The position numbers and the translations under genes are program-made. A stretch of 63,742 bases of DNA, filler included, from Phoronis australis (lineage: Eukaryota > Animalia > Phoronida): assembly GCA_002633005.1 (NCBI GenBank). It is 13 parts of 13 records of this genome, joined end to end, with 100 filler letters (N's around TTAATTAATTAA, not from the genome) between each part and the next. Parts side by side here need not be neighbours in the genome. Positions count along the whole stretch, not along the records: positions 47,277 to 50,397 come from NMRA01001415.1; positions 50,498 to 54,182 come from NMRA01002898.1; positions 54,283 to 58,607 come from NMRA01000061.1; positions 58,708 to 62,526 come from NMRA01002010.1; 9 more parts are not named here. One strand, written 5' to 3'. Positions within the stretch are counted from its first letter, which is position 1; every line of letters starts with the position of its first letter. The notes under the pieces were generated by a model. That model did no database searches. It was not told where the DNA came from and saw only the letters and a list, made by a program, of their open reading frames with translations. Shown here in pieces: positions 48,879 through 61,775 of this stretch.

Positions 48879-51800
48879 GTGAGTAGAAGCACTTTCTTTT
48901 TGAGATGAAAACTGAATAATATGTATTGAATAGATGACACCCAGTGTACCATTGAGTAGCTCATGTCAGCTTTGATAAATCAAATATGAGGTGGCCAATC
49001 TAACAGTGCATACAATTGGTGAACTGTCGGCCCATGTGTTATGTGTAAAATTAGAGACGAGGTAAACTCGCCATATTCTAATATGGTGAGTTTGTCTCTC
49101 TAAAATGGCTAGTGCCAAGACATGAAGTAAAAGTGAGGTTTTAAAGTTCAGGTAATGTGATAATTGATGTGTTTATACCTGATCTTTTTTATCTTTTCTG
49201 CAGAAAAATCTCAGATTGATATTATAAGATAGTAACACATCTTGTGCATCAATGCCTGTTTTATTAAAGCTCCTATGTCCTGTCATAAGTACGATATTTT
49301 GAAGGTAATGTTGCGTTTTTGTGTAAGCGAAACAGTTGCATCGGACTGATTCATGATAGCAGTTCACATTCCAGTTGAAAGCCCACCTTCATAAACCATA
49401 ATGAATAGTTTGCCAATAAAAATTCAAGATACAGCTGTGTTCAACTGAAACCAGGTGTATGACAATTTATGAAACACAGCCTGGCATCTCTGTCCATCGT
49501 ATATGTCAACTACTGACTTTCAAATTGCTCGTCAAACGATGCTTGCCTGTCTAGTTTGCACTTATGCAGTGTTGTTTCATTTAGACTTTAAATGGCAGTT
49601 GTAGTTGCTTAAAATACAATTACTCAAGTGGTATGGTACACATTGTACCTGACGTGCGCAGGCCGCTCAGGTGGGCTTGTTGCACTGATTACCTGCAGTT
49701 GCTTAGAATGGCACTCAAAAGTTGTGTTGTCAACTAAAATAAACATTGTCCACAATTTCTATTGTATTCTTATGCTGCTGTGCTATTTGTTCTGCTGTGC
49801 TCTGCTTTATCTAATTTTTCCTTGTTTTCGAAAAGTCCACGGTCAAGGTACGAGAATGTTACTCACATTTTTATGTTGCATGTTAATGTTAAATGTGCGT
49901 GTTAACAATTAAGTTTGATGGTTTTCTCATTTGTCTCTTAAAGTGTCCATGGTAGAAAAAATTAATCCGAGAATGGTGGAAATGCTTATTCTTGTAGAAA
50001 ATTACCCTTGAGGAGGGTTGTCTGAAACTTTGTGACAACTATATGATATAATAAAAGGAATTTTTTTCTACCATGTTCATAAATAAGGGTTTCAGTTGGG
50101 GTACTCTGTGTATTTTGGTAATAAGCGACTGGTAAATTCTGTGATTTCTTTAGTTGTTAATGACATCGTACTCATATCTTGATTTGTAAATGTTGCTTAA
50201 AATTAATTGTTCAAGAAGGAGATATTATAACAGTTTCAAGCCAAAAATAACCCTATTTAGAAATACAATTATAGCACCTCTAGAATTCTGTAGTTTGATT
50301 TCTCAACGTTTTTCTTCTGTTGGGCTCTGATCCTATGATTTTAGATGTTACTGACAACGGCAATAGTCTGATATAACGTGCCCGTATTTTGAGAACCNNN
50401 NNNNNNNNNNNNNNNNNNNNNNNNNNNNNNNNNNNNNNNNNTTAATTAATTAANNNNNNNNNNNNNNNNNNNNNNNNNNNNNNNNNNNNNNNNNNNNTAG
50501 AAGCATCATTACCGTAAACGTTTACATGCTTCTGGTGATCCAAATCCGATTTGGAAAGTTTGTGTTGTGGACCCTGCCTTTTCCAGTACGCCGTACCCCT
50601 GACTTTACGCGGCGTAAAGTCAGGGGTACGGTAGCCCACAGAGTAAGCAACATTCAAAGAATTGTAGGTGTCAGTTTTCCTCTGAGCTTCAAAGTTGCAA
50701 GTTAAAAACGCGGGTCCCCGGAGGCCACAACATTGCTTGATCTTTAACGATTCTTGAATTTACAGCTCGAGTTTTATTAAAATACAGAGCGTCAGTTGAT
50801 TCTTTATTAATTGTCATAAAAGGTGATTAGCAGAAAACAACAAAAAGAGCGACTGGCCTTATATCCAAATGCAGTTGTAATTGCTGTCGAATATAGGTGT
50901 GTGGCCAAATATATCGGATCGCTGCATTTTTTCAGTGTTCCGAGAAAATGGCCATTTCATTTGTAATGCCGTGGCCTTACACGAGGAAACTTAGCGGACT
51001 GCTGCAAGGGTAAACTTTTAATTAAATCTTCAGAAAATTATTTTCAACCAATTCTAGCTTTTTGCGTGGTGAAAGCACGCGCCTTTACAGCCTCGTTACA
51101 GCATATGACCAATTGAATCTTTATTACGAAGACTATCAAATTTTGGTGTGCTGACTTGTACTCTTATCTGGACCATCCCGAAGCGGACACTTGAAATAAG
51201 TGGTGTCATTTTGACATCCCACTTCAGAATTTCTATTGCGTTTTAAACCAAGACCAAAGTTTAATTGAGAGCCCTTTCATTCTGCCAAGCTACGACAATT
51301 TTTACTTAAATTTGGTTTTAAATAATCCCGACTTAAAAAATAATAAAAACAGCTTAATTTTCACGAATGATATTCTTGTTATGCTCGTTTCTCTGTAATT
51401 TGCGCTTTTCGTCACATTTGCAAATTTAAATAACGAACATCGGCGAGCCGAGTAGTCCTGGATTGGGGATTGTACCTTAAACATACTTGCCACCAACCTG
51501 GGTATTGTTTCAGACACAGTTGTGATTTTGGCTTCTTGGTATCACCGGTACAACCTAGGGTGAATGTTTGGGCTTTGCGTTGTGGTTTGCATGGTAAACA
51601 AAATAAGTAGCGACTGTGTGTGGAGGTACAAGTTCTGGAAAATGATATGCATGGTCTCGAATTGAGGTTTTTCATCACTTGTATTATTAATAATTCAGCG
51701 ATTCATCATCCGGGTTGTCCATTTATTGTGCTACGGCATCCCTTGTCGAAGGTTGTGACGGCGGCAACAACGTGGCGCAACATTTTGCGTATGCCATTCA

Positions 51801-53984
51801 CAGAAACAACAATTTAGCAGACGTGGCCTTTATTTTTCACATAACATACATGTATCAAGAGTAACCGCAAAACACTAGATTTAAGTTCCTCAAACATATG
51901 CCAAACACGTTTGACAACATGCGATGCCAGCAAGGCAACGACAGAAAAATTATGATGCGACAGTAAGCAACAGAATTCATAACCATATATCATTAACGTA
52001 TTGTTCACATGTTTCCAGGGCAGACCAAAAAAGTAATAATTTGTGTCTCAGCGTAACGAAATTTAAATAACTCCTTGAGCAATAAGACAAAACTAATGCA
52101 AATAGAAAGACCAACTTTCACTTTCAAGGATGGTGTAATCAACTACACGTAACAGTTGTTTAAAAAACACGTTATCATAAACGTTTCGATCATCGGGACT
52201 ATCATCTGCAACATGTGTGCCTAAACTCTATTTGTTACTGTTGTAAGTTTTTTACATCAAAAGCCTTTTTCGCCACCTTGTGGCATTGTCGTTTCAACTT
52301 CCAATGGGAAGTCTATATAAGCTACATGATCAGATAAAATTTTTTGTCTCAGACTCAACGATCACGAGTGTCCACCGTATTACTTTCTTCGGAGCACACA
52401 CCCGCACGATGTCGCTACGGTCCATGAAAAAATAACCTCCGCCACTGGCCGTCCAATGGAATTTCGCCAGGAGACTACCCGGTCTCTGCTACTGCACGAA
52501 CTCGCCATTGTTTGGTTTACATATAAGAGAAATGTGCTACTTCTACGTCTTGCCATATATGATAAAGAGACATGCTCTTCCGAAGTGAATGAATTGACGA
52601 AGTGAAGAGTAATTGGCAGATTGTTTTTATTTTCTGACATTTGAAACTAAAGAAAAAATGCTTTGACGTCAGCAAAAATTTTAAATCTTTACCGTCGACC
52701 CATAAAAATACCTGGTGAACACTTCGACTTCTGTTTCAGTGGCAGAGAACCACGTTGAATAATGCATTTCAGTCTGAATTTCACGTTCTATGCCACTTTA
52801 ACCAAGTTACGTCATTATGTCTAAAAAGGGACACTTGTTTGAGTTTCTGGTGTTTGCCTCTTGTTTAACCTCTGACTTAGGGGCCAACTGGGCGAAGAAT
52901 TTGTCTGTGCTCCCTAACAAAATTTACTTCAAAGCGGGCCCGCCTGCTGAAACACTCAAAGAAGGGNNNNNNNNNNNNNNNNNNNNNNNNGGAAGCAGTA
53001 AAAATGTGGAAGTTATGGAAAACAGTTAATACACGTGAGTGTAAACGTATCCAGGATTTTTATTTATGGGGGCTAGGGCAGAGTATTAGCCAGGATTTTG
53101 CCCGTAAGACGGCGCATCCCCGAACTGCCAAATGGAATCTGGGAGTTTTAGGGGGGGGCATGGCCCCCTTGGCCCCACTCTAAATCTGCCACTGGTGTAA
53201 AATAGAAATAAGACGATCTATTCAGTTGCAACAACGCATCATTTGCGGAATACGTTTTATTGTATTGCGGCACAGTCACCTCTTCGACCCACGGCCCACA
53301 ACCCCCTCGACACAGTCTACACATGCTCACTCCATCTGAACATAGAACAAGCCCTGTATCAACGAGTCTGGCCGTGAGCTCGGCTGGCTTTTCCCCGTTT
53401 TTTCTTTTGCAATTAAGAGAGCCGATTCGGCAATTTTGAAAGCCAAAAACACCAAAAACAAAAAAAAAATAAAACAACGAGACCAAATCAATTCCAATAC
53501 CTACCAACGTTACACATGATTTTCCCGGCAAAATGTGATCGTCTCGCCTGCTCTTCAGTGAATGGCAGATTCAAGCTATTTTGGGAGAGTGAGAGGAACC
53601 GACAAAATTGTAATTTCTGTAGTAATTACATGTACAGTTTGAAAAAAACAAACTGTAAACTAAATAGTATCTCGACGTTACATGAAGTATATTGTTACCG
53701 AGTATAAATGTGAGGTTATGTCCATTCATGTTAAGTTTAAACGTACTCTCTCCCTAAGTTTAGTAGATCAGGGCCAGTGAATTCGGTTACCAACAGTTTT
53801 GGTATGCTGTTTTAAGTAATTCTTCTTCAATTTGTGTACTTGAAATCAACAAAGCAACGCAAAAATTAAAACATTTGTTCGACGTTATCAGTGGAAGTCC
53901 TGTCTCCACGGCCATAGTTTTGTTCTTCACCAGACGTGGGTCGAAGCAGTCTCGAAGAATGTTGAATTTTGCCTAAGACGAGTA

Positions 53985-54165
53985 TAACGAAGAGATCCAT
54001 ATGCGGAGGATACAGCAATAACAATCGGAGAGAGGGACAATATTTCAGTTTGTGTTTCCAGAACTGGCACATATGTTCGTCAGTGCGTAGGACACGAGTA
54101 TGGCAGTACGGTAGAAGCGATAGGCTGTGACTAAGCCTATTTTCAAGAATCGTGCTTCGACCTGT
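53985..54165 (+). pseudogene. Decayed THAP domain, transposon-derived
   Basis: TKRSICGGYSN...VRRTRVW...DRL-stop, then a frameshift to AYFQESCFD, resembling CxxGGCSN...VRRTR...LCSxHFxxSCF. Confidence 0.5.
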
Positions 54166-54282
54166 CACAGAAACGGAGATTTNNNNNNNNNNNNNNNNNN
54201 NNNNNNNNNNNNNNNNNNNNNNNNNNTTAATTAATTAANNNNNNNNNNNNNNNNNNNNNNNNNNNNNNNNNNNNNNNNNNNN

Positions 54283-54284
54283 GA

Positions 54285-54348
<64 letters not shown>

Positions 54349-54460
54349 ATGAATGTATGTATGTATGTATGTACATGTATATCATGTATGTATGTATGTA
54401 TGTAGGCCTGTGTATGTATGTATGTTTGTATGTATGAATGTATGAATGTGTGTATGTATC
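54283..54460 (+). repeat. (TG)n and (TATG)n microsatellite; second tract at 57755-58200
   Basis: Directly visible simple repeats. Confidence 0.95.
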
Positions 54461-55387
54461 TATGAGCGTGTACTTCAGGAGCAAGTTTTCGGTTATACAG
54501 AATTTGTTAAATGCACGACACTTTTCATTGTTCAAAGTCTTTATTCCGTTACTCTACTCTCAACTGAACGACATAGATACAGTAACTGACCTAGCGACAT
54601 AATTAAAGGAGCATGCCACCCAAAAGACAACCTAATTTGTATCAATATAGATCGAGTAGTTCTACTCCATAACGACACGTACAGTTGCGTTACCTGACAC
54701 CTGACGGCAGACGGAGGTGTTGAAATTATACAATGACGTCATCGGTATCACACGCAGTGTGTTCAGCAGTTCACAACACGGATTACTGGTCTCAAATTAT
54801 CGCTTGAAGTCATCGTTTAACACCAATAAATCATCAAACTTCGATGTAAATCCCTTGAAAATACAACGAGTTCTTATAAAAACGTGTTGTTTTATTTCGC
54901 TCTTACGGATTCATTGGTATTTGGACACACCGTAACCTACAAAGTTCGGCAGGCCAATAAGGTCCGTAGCAGGAGTTTGGGGTCTGTTCGGAGATAGTTT
55001 CGAAGTATTTTCCATGAGCTACAGACAGGAGAATCTATATCTGTGTTGTTTAGACTTGTGATTTTTTGAGTTATGAACACAAAACGCTTGTTATCCTGGC
55101 AAGTGGCTCGGAGCCCGATCAGGCCCGTCGCGGCCTGCCGGATTGACTCGTTATCCTGGCAAGTGGCTCGGAAACTGATCAGACATCACGAATATAAACC
55201 AGCCAAAGTTCAGTGGAAACTAAACCCCCAGGCAAGAAAATACTATACTAGTGAGCCAAAGTAATGTGCACCTTATTACATGTATGTTGGTGAATTAGCC
55301 ACGAAACTGCAAATCTACTTAATCGTCGGGGGCCGCGACTTCAGGTTCCGATTTGGCCACAGCCCCGCCAGGGCAGAAGTTGTATAT

Positions 55388-55560
55388 TAGCCGGTGGGCC
55401 AGATCTCATAGCGTTCATCCTTGTGAGTACTTTGGGGGGCAACCTAGTTTTCTCTATGTGGATAGATAATATACCTATAAATCAAATTCCAAAAAGTTCC
55501 CACGTCTACACTTGCACATTTTTTTTTAAAAAGGTGTTTTTGTTGCACAAAATATGATGC
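55388..55560. mobile_element. Academ terminal fragment inside the Kolobok element
   Basis: TAGCCGGTGGGCCAGA and AAAAAGTTCCCACGTxTAxAxTTGCACATTTTT match the Academ end at 32010-32155. Confidence 0.7.
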
Positions 55561-55841
55561 ACATTCCTGCCACTTGGTGGTGATTTTCTATTGAATTGAC
55601 CAATCAGAGAGCCAGATTGTATTGTTGTGCTTAGTTACTTCAATGTGGTTGCTCCCATGGAGTGTGATGCCTGTATAATTCAAAGTTTATCAAATAGCAC
55701 AAAATTGTGATGCCAGAGCCTAAAGAAGCTTAGGAAAGCTTCCTGACGAAAGCTAATGGACTGTGAAACTCTGTAGATCAGTAGATCAAAAAGAAAAAGA
55801 GGTGCCACAAACGTTTGTGCAGAAAACAGCTACATGTCCTG

Positions 55842-56242
55842 GGCCCGGTCTCCAATCTTTTTACTCAAAATGGAACTCGAAATTAGGTTTGGCATTTTCT
55901 ACTCTACTTTTGGGCAAAATCAAGATAAGCGTCTATTATTCTATGCTCGAGTACACAATAACTTACGTAGATAATTTATTGCCCTTAGTTCACAGTTTGT
56001 AAACCCAATATTAAAGCAATAAGTTCGAGTTTGAACTCGAAATTTCGAGTTTTTACTCGAGTTTGTAGCACGAATATAAGGGTCTTCAAGGGCAAACTTG
56101 AACTAGAAACTCCTATGCATAAACTATAATGTATTCGAGCACAGTCTGATAACCAATTATCTTAAGTTCGCACAAAAGGAGCAGAGAAATTGCCAAAAAT
56201 AGTTTCGAGTTCGTTTCGAGTACAAAGAATAGAGACCGGGCC
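55842..56242. mobile_element. 401-bp fold-back MITE, TIR GGCCCGGTCTC, 3-bp CTG TSD (PIF/Harbinger group)
   Basis: CTG at 55839-55841 and 56243-56245. Imperfect inverted arms extend over 120 bp. Confidence 0.82.
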
Positions 56243-59084
56243 CTGGTATAGCCTACACAGTATACTGCTGAGTGCTGTAGACTAGAAGACCAAGTGTCAG
56301 ACCAAAAAATTGAAAGGACATAGAACGGCATAGCAACGTTTCAAGACACCAGCAGTAGTACTAAAGCTGAAGTTGCTGAAAGTGATACAGATGTTATCCA
56401 AGATTTCCCAAGAAAATCAATTATACTTCCCAAATCTGAAACACCCAATTAACCTGAACAAGATAGGAACATTCTGAAACATGAGTGAATCATTTGTTAG
56501 CAGGAAATGTATATTATGGACCATATTTCATGAAAGAGAATCAAAGAAGTATTTAATAGCTTTCAAAAACAGGTACGCGTTTTTGAAAGGTACATCTTGG
56601 TGTTTTCCATGTGTGTTTCAGTATTATCACCAGTTGTTTTTTTAACTTGTTCAGCCCCTTGACTGCCTAGGCCTTAGACAATACCGCTGACCCAGTAGAG
56701 ACGGCAATCATTATTTAAGTAATGTAAATGTAAATAAAGATTCCCCTGACACCTGGCCGTGGGATGGAAATCGAGTTTTTTCACAACAGTACCTACCAGC
56801 AAACACTAAATTAGAATGAGCTCACACGGTCTCGGTGTCCCGTCAATTAGTTTTATTGCACCTGAAGCCGGTAACGCAGGGATTTATTCATTGCTGGCTT
56901 CTCAAATCATTTGCACTCACGAACACCCCAAAGGCATTACAAATTGCATCTACTGAGACAGAATTTGTTTCAGTTATATATTGGTTAGGGTCATAATAAT
57001 TTATTTTGAAACAGAACGCTCAGTAATAAACGCCATTTTGAACATGGCAACTCGCAATCCCGACTTAGGACGAGCTAGAGCTCATCAGTCCCGACTTCGC
57101 AAGTGGATCGTTAAGTTTTACAGGCTATCAATTCGAACAGGAATACAGTGATGAAGAAATACTAGAGAGGCGCCTTAAACAAGCTCAGACAACGGAACGT
57201 ATGGAGTTATTTGGTAAGCCGGCATTCGTCAGGCACTGTCGACGTCTGCAGGCCACAGACACGGAGATGTTTCATGGCCTCATACTTGCTATTTACAGCG
57301 TACATTTCATTCTTCGCTACCATAAGCCACTTCCTAAGCATTTCGGACTCTCGAGGAAGTAAAAAAAAAACGATATACCCGCTTTCCTCGCAGCTGCTTA
57401 GTTCGGACAAGCGGGAACGATGCACCGCAGCATAGCGGCATTCACTCTGCATATGAACCACTGACGTCGCTAGCGTCGTTTCTCACCTTTCTCACAGCTT
57501 AACGCGACACCTCTTCGCAAGGTAAGGTCGACCGTATGCGAGGCGATTTGGATATAGAACGATTAAGACGGCAAAAAAGACTAATTAAATAGGGTGGCAT
57601 TCACCTTTAAAAGTAATTAAAAATAATTGATAAGTCGCTGGGTCAGTCACTGTATCTATGTTCAGTTGAGAGTAGAGTTTTGTTCCGAAAGTACGAACGT
57701 AACGGAATAAAGACTGTGAACATTGAAAAGTGTCGTGCATTTAACAAATTCTGTGTGTGTATGTATGTATGTACAAATGCATGTATGTATGAATGTATGT
57801 ATGTATGTGTGTGTACGTATGTATGTATGAATGTATGTATGTATGCATGTATGTATGTATATCTTATATGTATGCAGGCCTATGCATGCATGTGTGTATG
57901 TAGGCCTAGTGTATGTATGTTTGTATGTACATGTATGTGTGTGTGTATATGTCTATGTGTGTATGTATGTGTATGTATGTATGTATTTATGAACGAAAGT
58001 ATATATGTGTATGAACGAATGTATGTATGTATTTATGTATATGTATGTATGCATGTATGCATGTACACGTATGTATGAATGTATATATGTATGTATATAT
58101 GTGTGTATGTATGTATGTATGTATGTATATATGTATCTTCCTATGTATATATCTACCTGTCTTTCTCTCTATCTACCTGTCTGTCTGTCTGTCAGTCTGT
58201 CACGCATGGACTGGAGTTTATCAACAACGAGCACTCCCACCAACAGTTAATTGTTACTAGACCCTGTTTTGGTGATTTCCCTCAATCCTTGTTCGGTCCC
58301 CTGCATATGCGCCATTGACGTGTTACTTGAATGAAAAAACGAGTTTGGTCTACACGTACATGTACAACAGGCATTACAATGGTTCTTGGCAGAATAGTCT
58401 TACTGTTGTGTAAGTCGCCTCAAGTATACTATAGGTCACTTTGTAAAGAGTTTTCAAGTTTGCACCAAACGTTTGATGATTGACGAGGTTTCGGTTTTGT
58501 TTTAGAGACCTTGATGGCGAAGTCGTACTTGATATCTGTTAATAGTCCAAGACCGGATTTAGTATAGTGCAACTCCCTCTGAACAACTATAATTCAGGCT
58601 GATTGCANNNNNNNNNNNNNNNNNNNNNNNNNNNNNNNNNNNNNNNNNNNNTTAATTAATTAANNNNNNNNNNNNNNNNNNNNNNNNNNNNNNNNNNNNN
58701 NNNNNNNATGAAAAGTTCGCTAACTTGAACCACAGTTTCGCATCTAGTGCCAGTTTAGTTGCAATAGCTGGCTACGGGTATAGAATACAGGGTTTACAGA
58801 ACATCGACCTCGGGAAACATCGGAACAGGAAAACGTCAGTTCTGGGTTATATTGGTCCCGGGACATCGGGTCATTTATAACCGCTGGGAATCTGAGTTCA
58901 TTTTCAAATAAACCAGAGCCAAGCCGGTATACTCTTTCATTTAGGACTGTCGCTGTTCTTTGAAGTGGTGCGCACGCGTGAGTTCACGCACTTGAATCGT
59001 TGGAGTAGGCCTACACTTCACGTTGGCAACAACGTGTGAAAGACATCATATTTCGCGCACGTAGCCCCAGAAACAAGTAAAGGG

Positions 59085-61464
59085 CAGTGGCGGATCTACG
59101 GGGGGGGGGAGGTTCAGGGGGTTTAAACCCCCCCTCGGGCCAGGACCCAAAAATTTAAAAAAAAACAAAAGCGTCTCCAGCAAAACAAAAACGGCACCGC
59201 CAGCGTGTGTAAATTGCAAGAGATGCAAATAGGTCCTGGGATGCTTCGTCAAGGTTTGAAATAGTCCATGATGAACGGATCAAATTTAGTTGCGCATGTA
59301 CGTCTTTTGAATGGACTTGGAAACCTCAAGGGTCCAGTGTCAACTGAGCTGCGAAACGAGATGCTGACATTGTAGAGGCTTACAAGCTCCTTGACACAGC
59401 AGTTGACGAAGTGCAAGCGTTGGGAACAAGCATCGAAGATATCTGGGTAGAATGGTTCCAAGACGAGCAAATCATTGGATCCGATATACAAATTCCTCGG
59501 CAGTCTAGACAACAGAAGGATAGAACTAACGTATGAGTAACCACTGGGGATTTAAATTTTAGAGAGAAGTTTTCAATTCAAAATTTTGTGCATAGTACAC
59601 TTTAGGTCTCGCGACGGACCAGGCCAGCTTGATTGGTGTAGATGTTGAGTTTCAGTGTACTTCTGGTCCCTCGGCGAACTAGTCTTGTGATTTTTTTACC
59701 AAAGTGTTCTTTGTAAAACTATTTATCTCAGCCAGTACTGTTTGGTCCCGCGACAAATCGACTATTTTTATAGGGATAATAAGCACAGGTGTACTCTTGG
59801 TCTCGTGACGGACCAGGTCAGCTTTTTGTGTACTCTCAGTGTACATCTGGTCCCTCTGCAAACTAGTCCAGTATATCTTTTCACCATTGTGCACAGGATG
59901 TTTTGGTTTCGTGAAATTGTTTTTAGATAATTTGTTTCCTGATAGATTTGACGTTTTTCAATTGTTGTCAACGTGATTCAGCTTAATAAAGAGATACCTA
60001 ATTATTTATTGTCGCTTTTAATAATAGACTATGAGTTGAGAGCACCATCGTTCGCCAGTTTTTCTCGCAACGAGACAGAACACNNNNNNNNNNNNNNNNN
60101 NNNNNNNNNNNNNNNNNNNNNNNNNNNNNNNNNNNNNNNNNNNNNNNNNNNNNNNNNNNNNNNNNNNNNNNNNNNNNNNNNNNNNNNNNNNNNNNNNNNN
60201 NNNNNNNNNNNNNNNNNNNNNNNNNNNNNNNNNNNNNNNNNNNNNNNNNNNNNNNNNNNNNNNNNNNNNNNNNNNNNNNNNNNNNNNNNNNNNNNNNNNN
60301 NNNNNNNNNNNNNNNNNNNNNNNNNNNNNNNNNNNNNNNNNNNNNNNNNNNNNNNNNNNNNNNNNNNNNNNNNNNNNNNNNNNNNNNNNNNNNNNNNNNN
60401 NNNNNNNNNNNNNNNNNNNNNNNNNNNNNNNNNNNNNNNNNNNNNNNNNNNNNNNNNNNNNNNNNNNNNNNNNNNNNNNNNNNNNNNNNNNNNNNNNNNN
60501 NNNNNNNNNNNNNNNNNNNNNNNNNNNNNNNNNNNNNNNNNNNNNNNNNNNNNNNNNNNNNNNNNNNNNNNNNNNNNNNNNNNNNNNNNNNNNNNNNNNN
60601 NNNNNNNNNNNNNNNNNNNNNNNNNNNNNNNNNNNNNNNNNNNNNNNNNNNNNNNNNNNNNNNNNNNNNNNNNNNNNNNNNNNNNNNNNNNNNNNNNNNN
60701 NNNNNNNNNNNNNNNNNNNNNNNNNNNNNNNNNNNNNNNNNNNNNNNNNNNNNNNNNNNNNNNNNNNNNNNNNNNNNNNNNNNNNNNNNNNNNNNNNNNN
60801 NNNNNNNNNNNNNNNNNNNNNNNNNNNNNNNNNNNNNNNNNNNNNNNNNNNNNNNNNNNNNNNNNNNNNNNNNNNNNNNNNNNNNNNNNNNNNNNNNNNN
60901 NNNNNNNNNNNNNNNNNNNNNNNNNNNNNNNNNNNNNNNNNNNNNAGGTCTTCGTTCTTAAACAACTTGAAGCTGCTGTTACGCGATCATCTGATATTCA
61001 AGTTTTTACGCCCCGTCGGTGCTCCTTAATTATGCTCTTGAATATTTGGAAATTGTCTAAACCCCTGTATACACACCACACTTTTTCGTATACGACTTTT
61101 CGTATGCTAAAAAAGGTGTGTGTAAGCAGATGTTCCAACAAAAATTTTTGCTGGTGGCGTGACTCATACCCAGATGTGCACAATATGGTTTCACGAAACT
61201 TATGTGCCAAGTTCATGTGACGAAATCGAGAAGGGTTTTTAATCTTAAGAAAAACTCCAGAGACATGTTAAGTGCCAGAAACTTACAAGGATGCATGGAA
61301 ATTTCACTATTTGGCTCCAAAAACAAAAAAATTTCTTACACGGGAGGGGAGGTCGGGAGGGGGGGTTTCCCCTCTGACCTCCCCCCGCTCGGCGCCATGC
61401 GCCTAGGATTGGACCTTGGCGGGAATCCTAAACCCCCCTTGCTGAAAACGTAGATCCGCCACTG
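59085..61464 (+). mobile_element. hAT-type element with perfect 16-bp TIRs, 5-bp TSD AAGGG and transposase remnants
   Basis: CAGTGGCGGATCTACG at 59085-59100 and CGTAGATCCGCCACTG at 61449-61464. AAGGG at 59080-59084 and 61465-61469. Remnants RDADIVEAY...EWF...IPRQSRQQKDRTN (59355-59533) and VPSSCDEIEKGF...RDMLSARNLQGCMEISLFG (61200-61316). An 863-N gap lies inside. Confidence 0.8.
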
Positions 61465-61775
61465 AAGGGTTTGAGAATTTCTTGGCAACTGAAAGTAAAG
61501 ACGTGACCGTCGTTTGGCGATTAAGGTTGTCATTTTCACTTTGGTTGTCTTAATACGATAAAAAGGAGAAGCACATCTCAGTCTAAGTCACGATTGTCTG
61601 CCGGGACCGCTTGCGCGCGGCGGTGCTGCAGTGCAATATCAGGGATATGGTCGTGGATATTTGGTACATGTAATAAGGACATCTTATGTGAAAAATAAAC
61701 ATTTTTGTCCACCACGAGGTTTGGTAAGTTGATCGCTTAAGAATTAGTAGAAACACCGTTGTTTTGTGGCCCGAA

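Larger units (their letters stand above)
54607..57606 (-). mobile_element. Kolobok-type DNA transposon, non-autonomous, 3.0 kb
   Basis: TTAA at 54603-54606 and 57607-57610. TIRs AGGAGCATGCCACCC and AGGTGAATGCCACCC match at 13 of 15. THAP remnant FFLLPRESEMLRKWL...HLRVCG in ORF 57207-57461, reading inward from the right end. Confidence 0.82.
54497..57754. mobile_element. Fold-back MITE (arms 54497-54598 and 57634-57754) split by a Kolobok insertion
   Basis: Arm ACAGAATTTGTTAAATGCACGACACTTTTCA...GACCTAGCGAC is the reverse complement of the right arm, which has about 20 extra bases. Confidence 0.8.

Noticed and set aside
49944-49951. Second microexon candidate (AG/TGTCCATG/GTAG)
   Set aside because: Eight nucleotides would shift the frame, and the donor is weak.
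52380-52640. 86-aa ORF
   Set aside because: No motif or splice support that I can identify.
57680-58318. Cys/Met/Tyr/Val-rich ORFs, and the His/Thr-rich ORF at 54227-54535
   Set aside because: They are translations of TG and TATG microsatellites.
59973-61220. 415-aa and 315-aa ORFs
   Set aside because: They are mostly X from an N gap.
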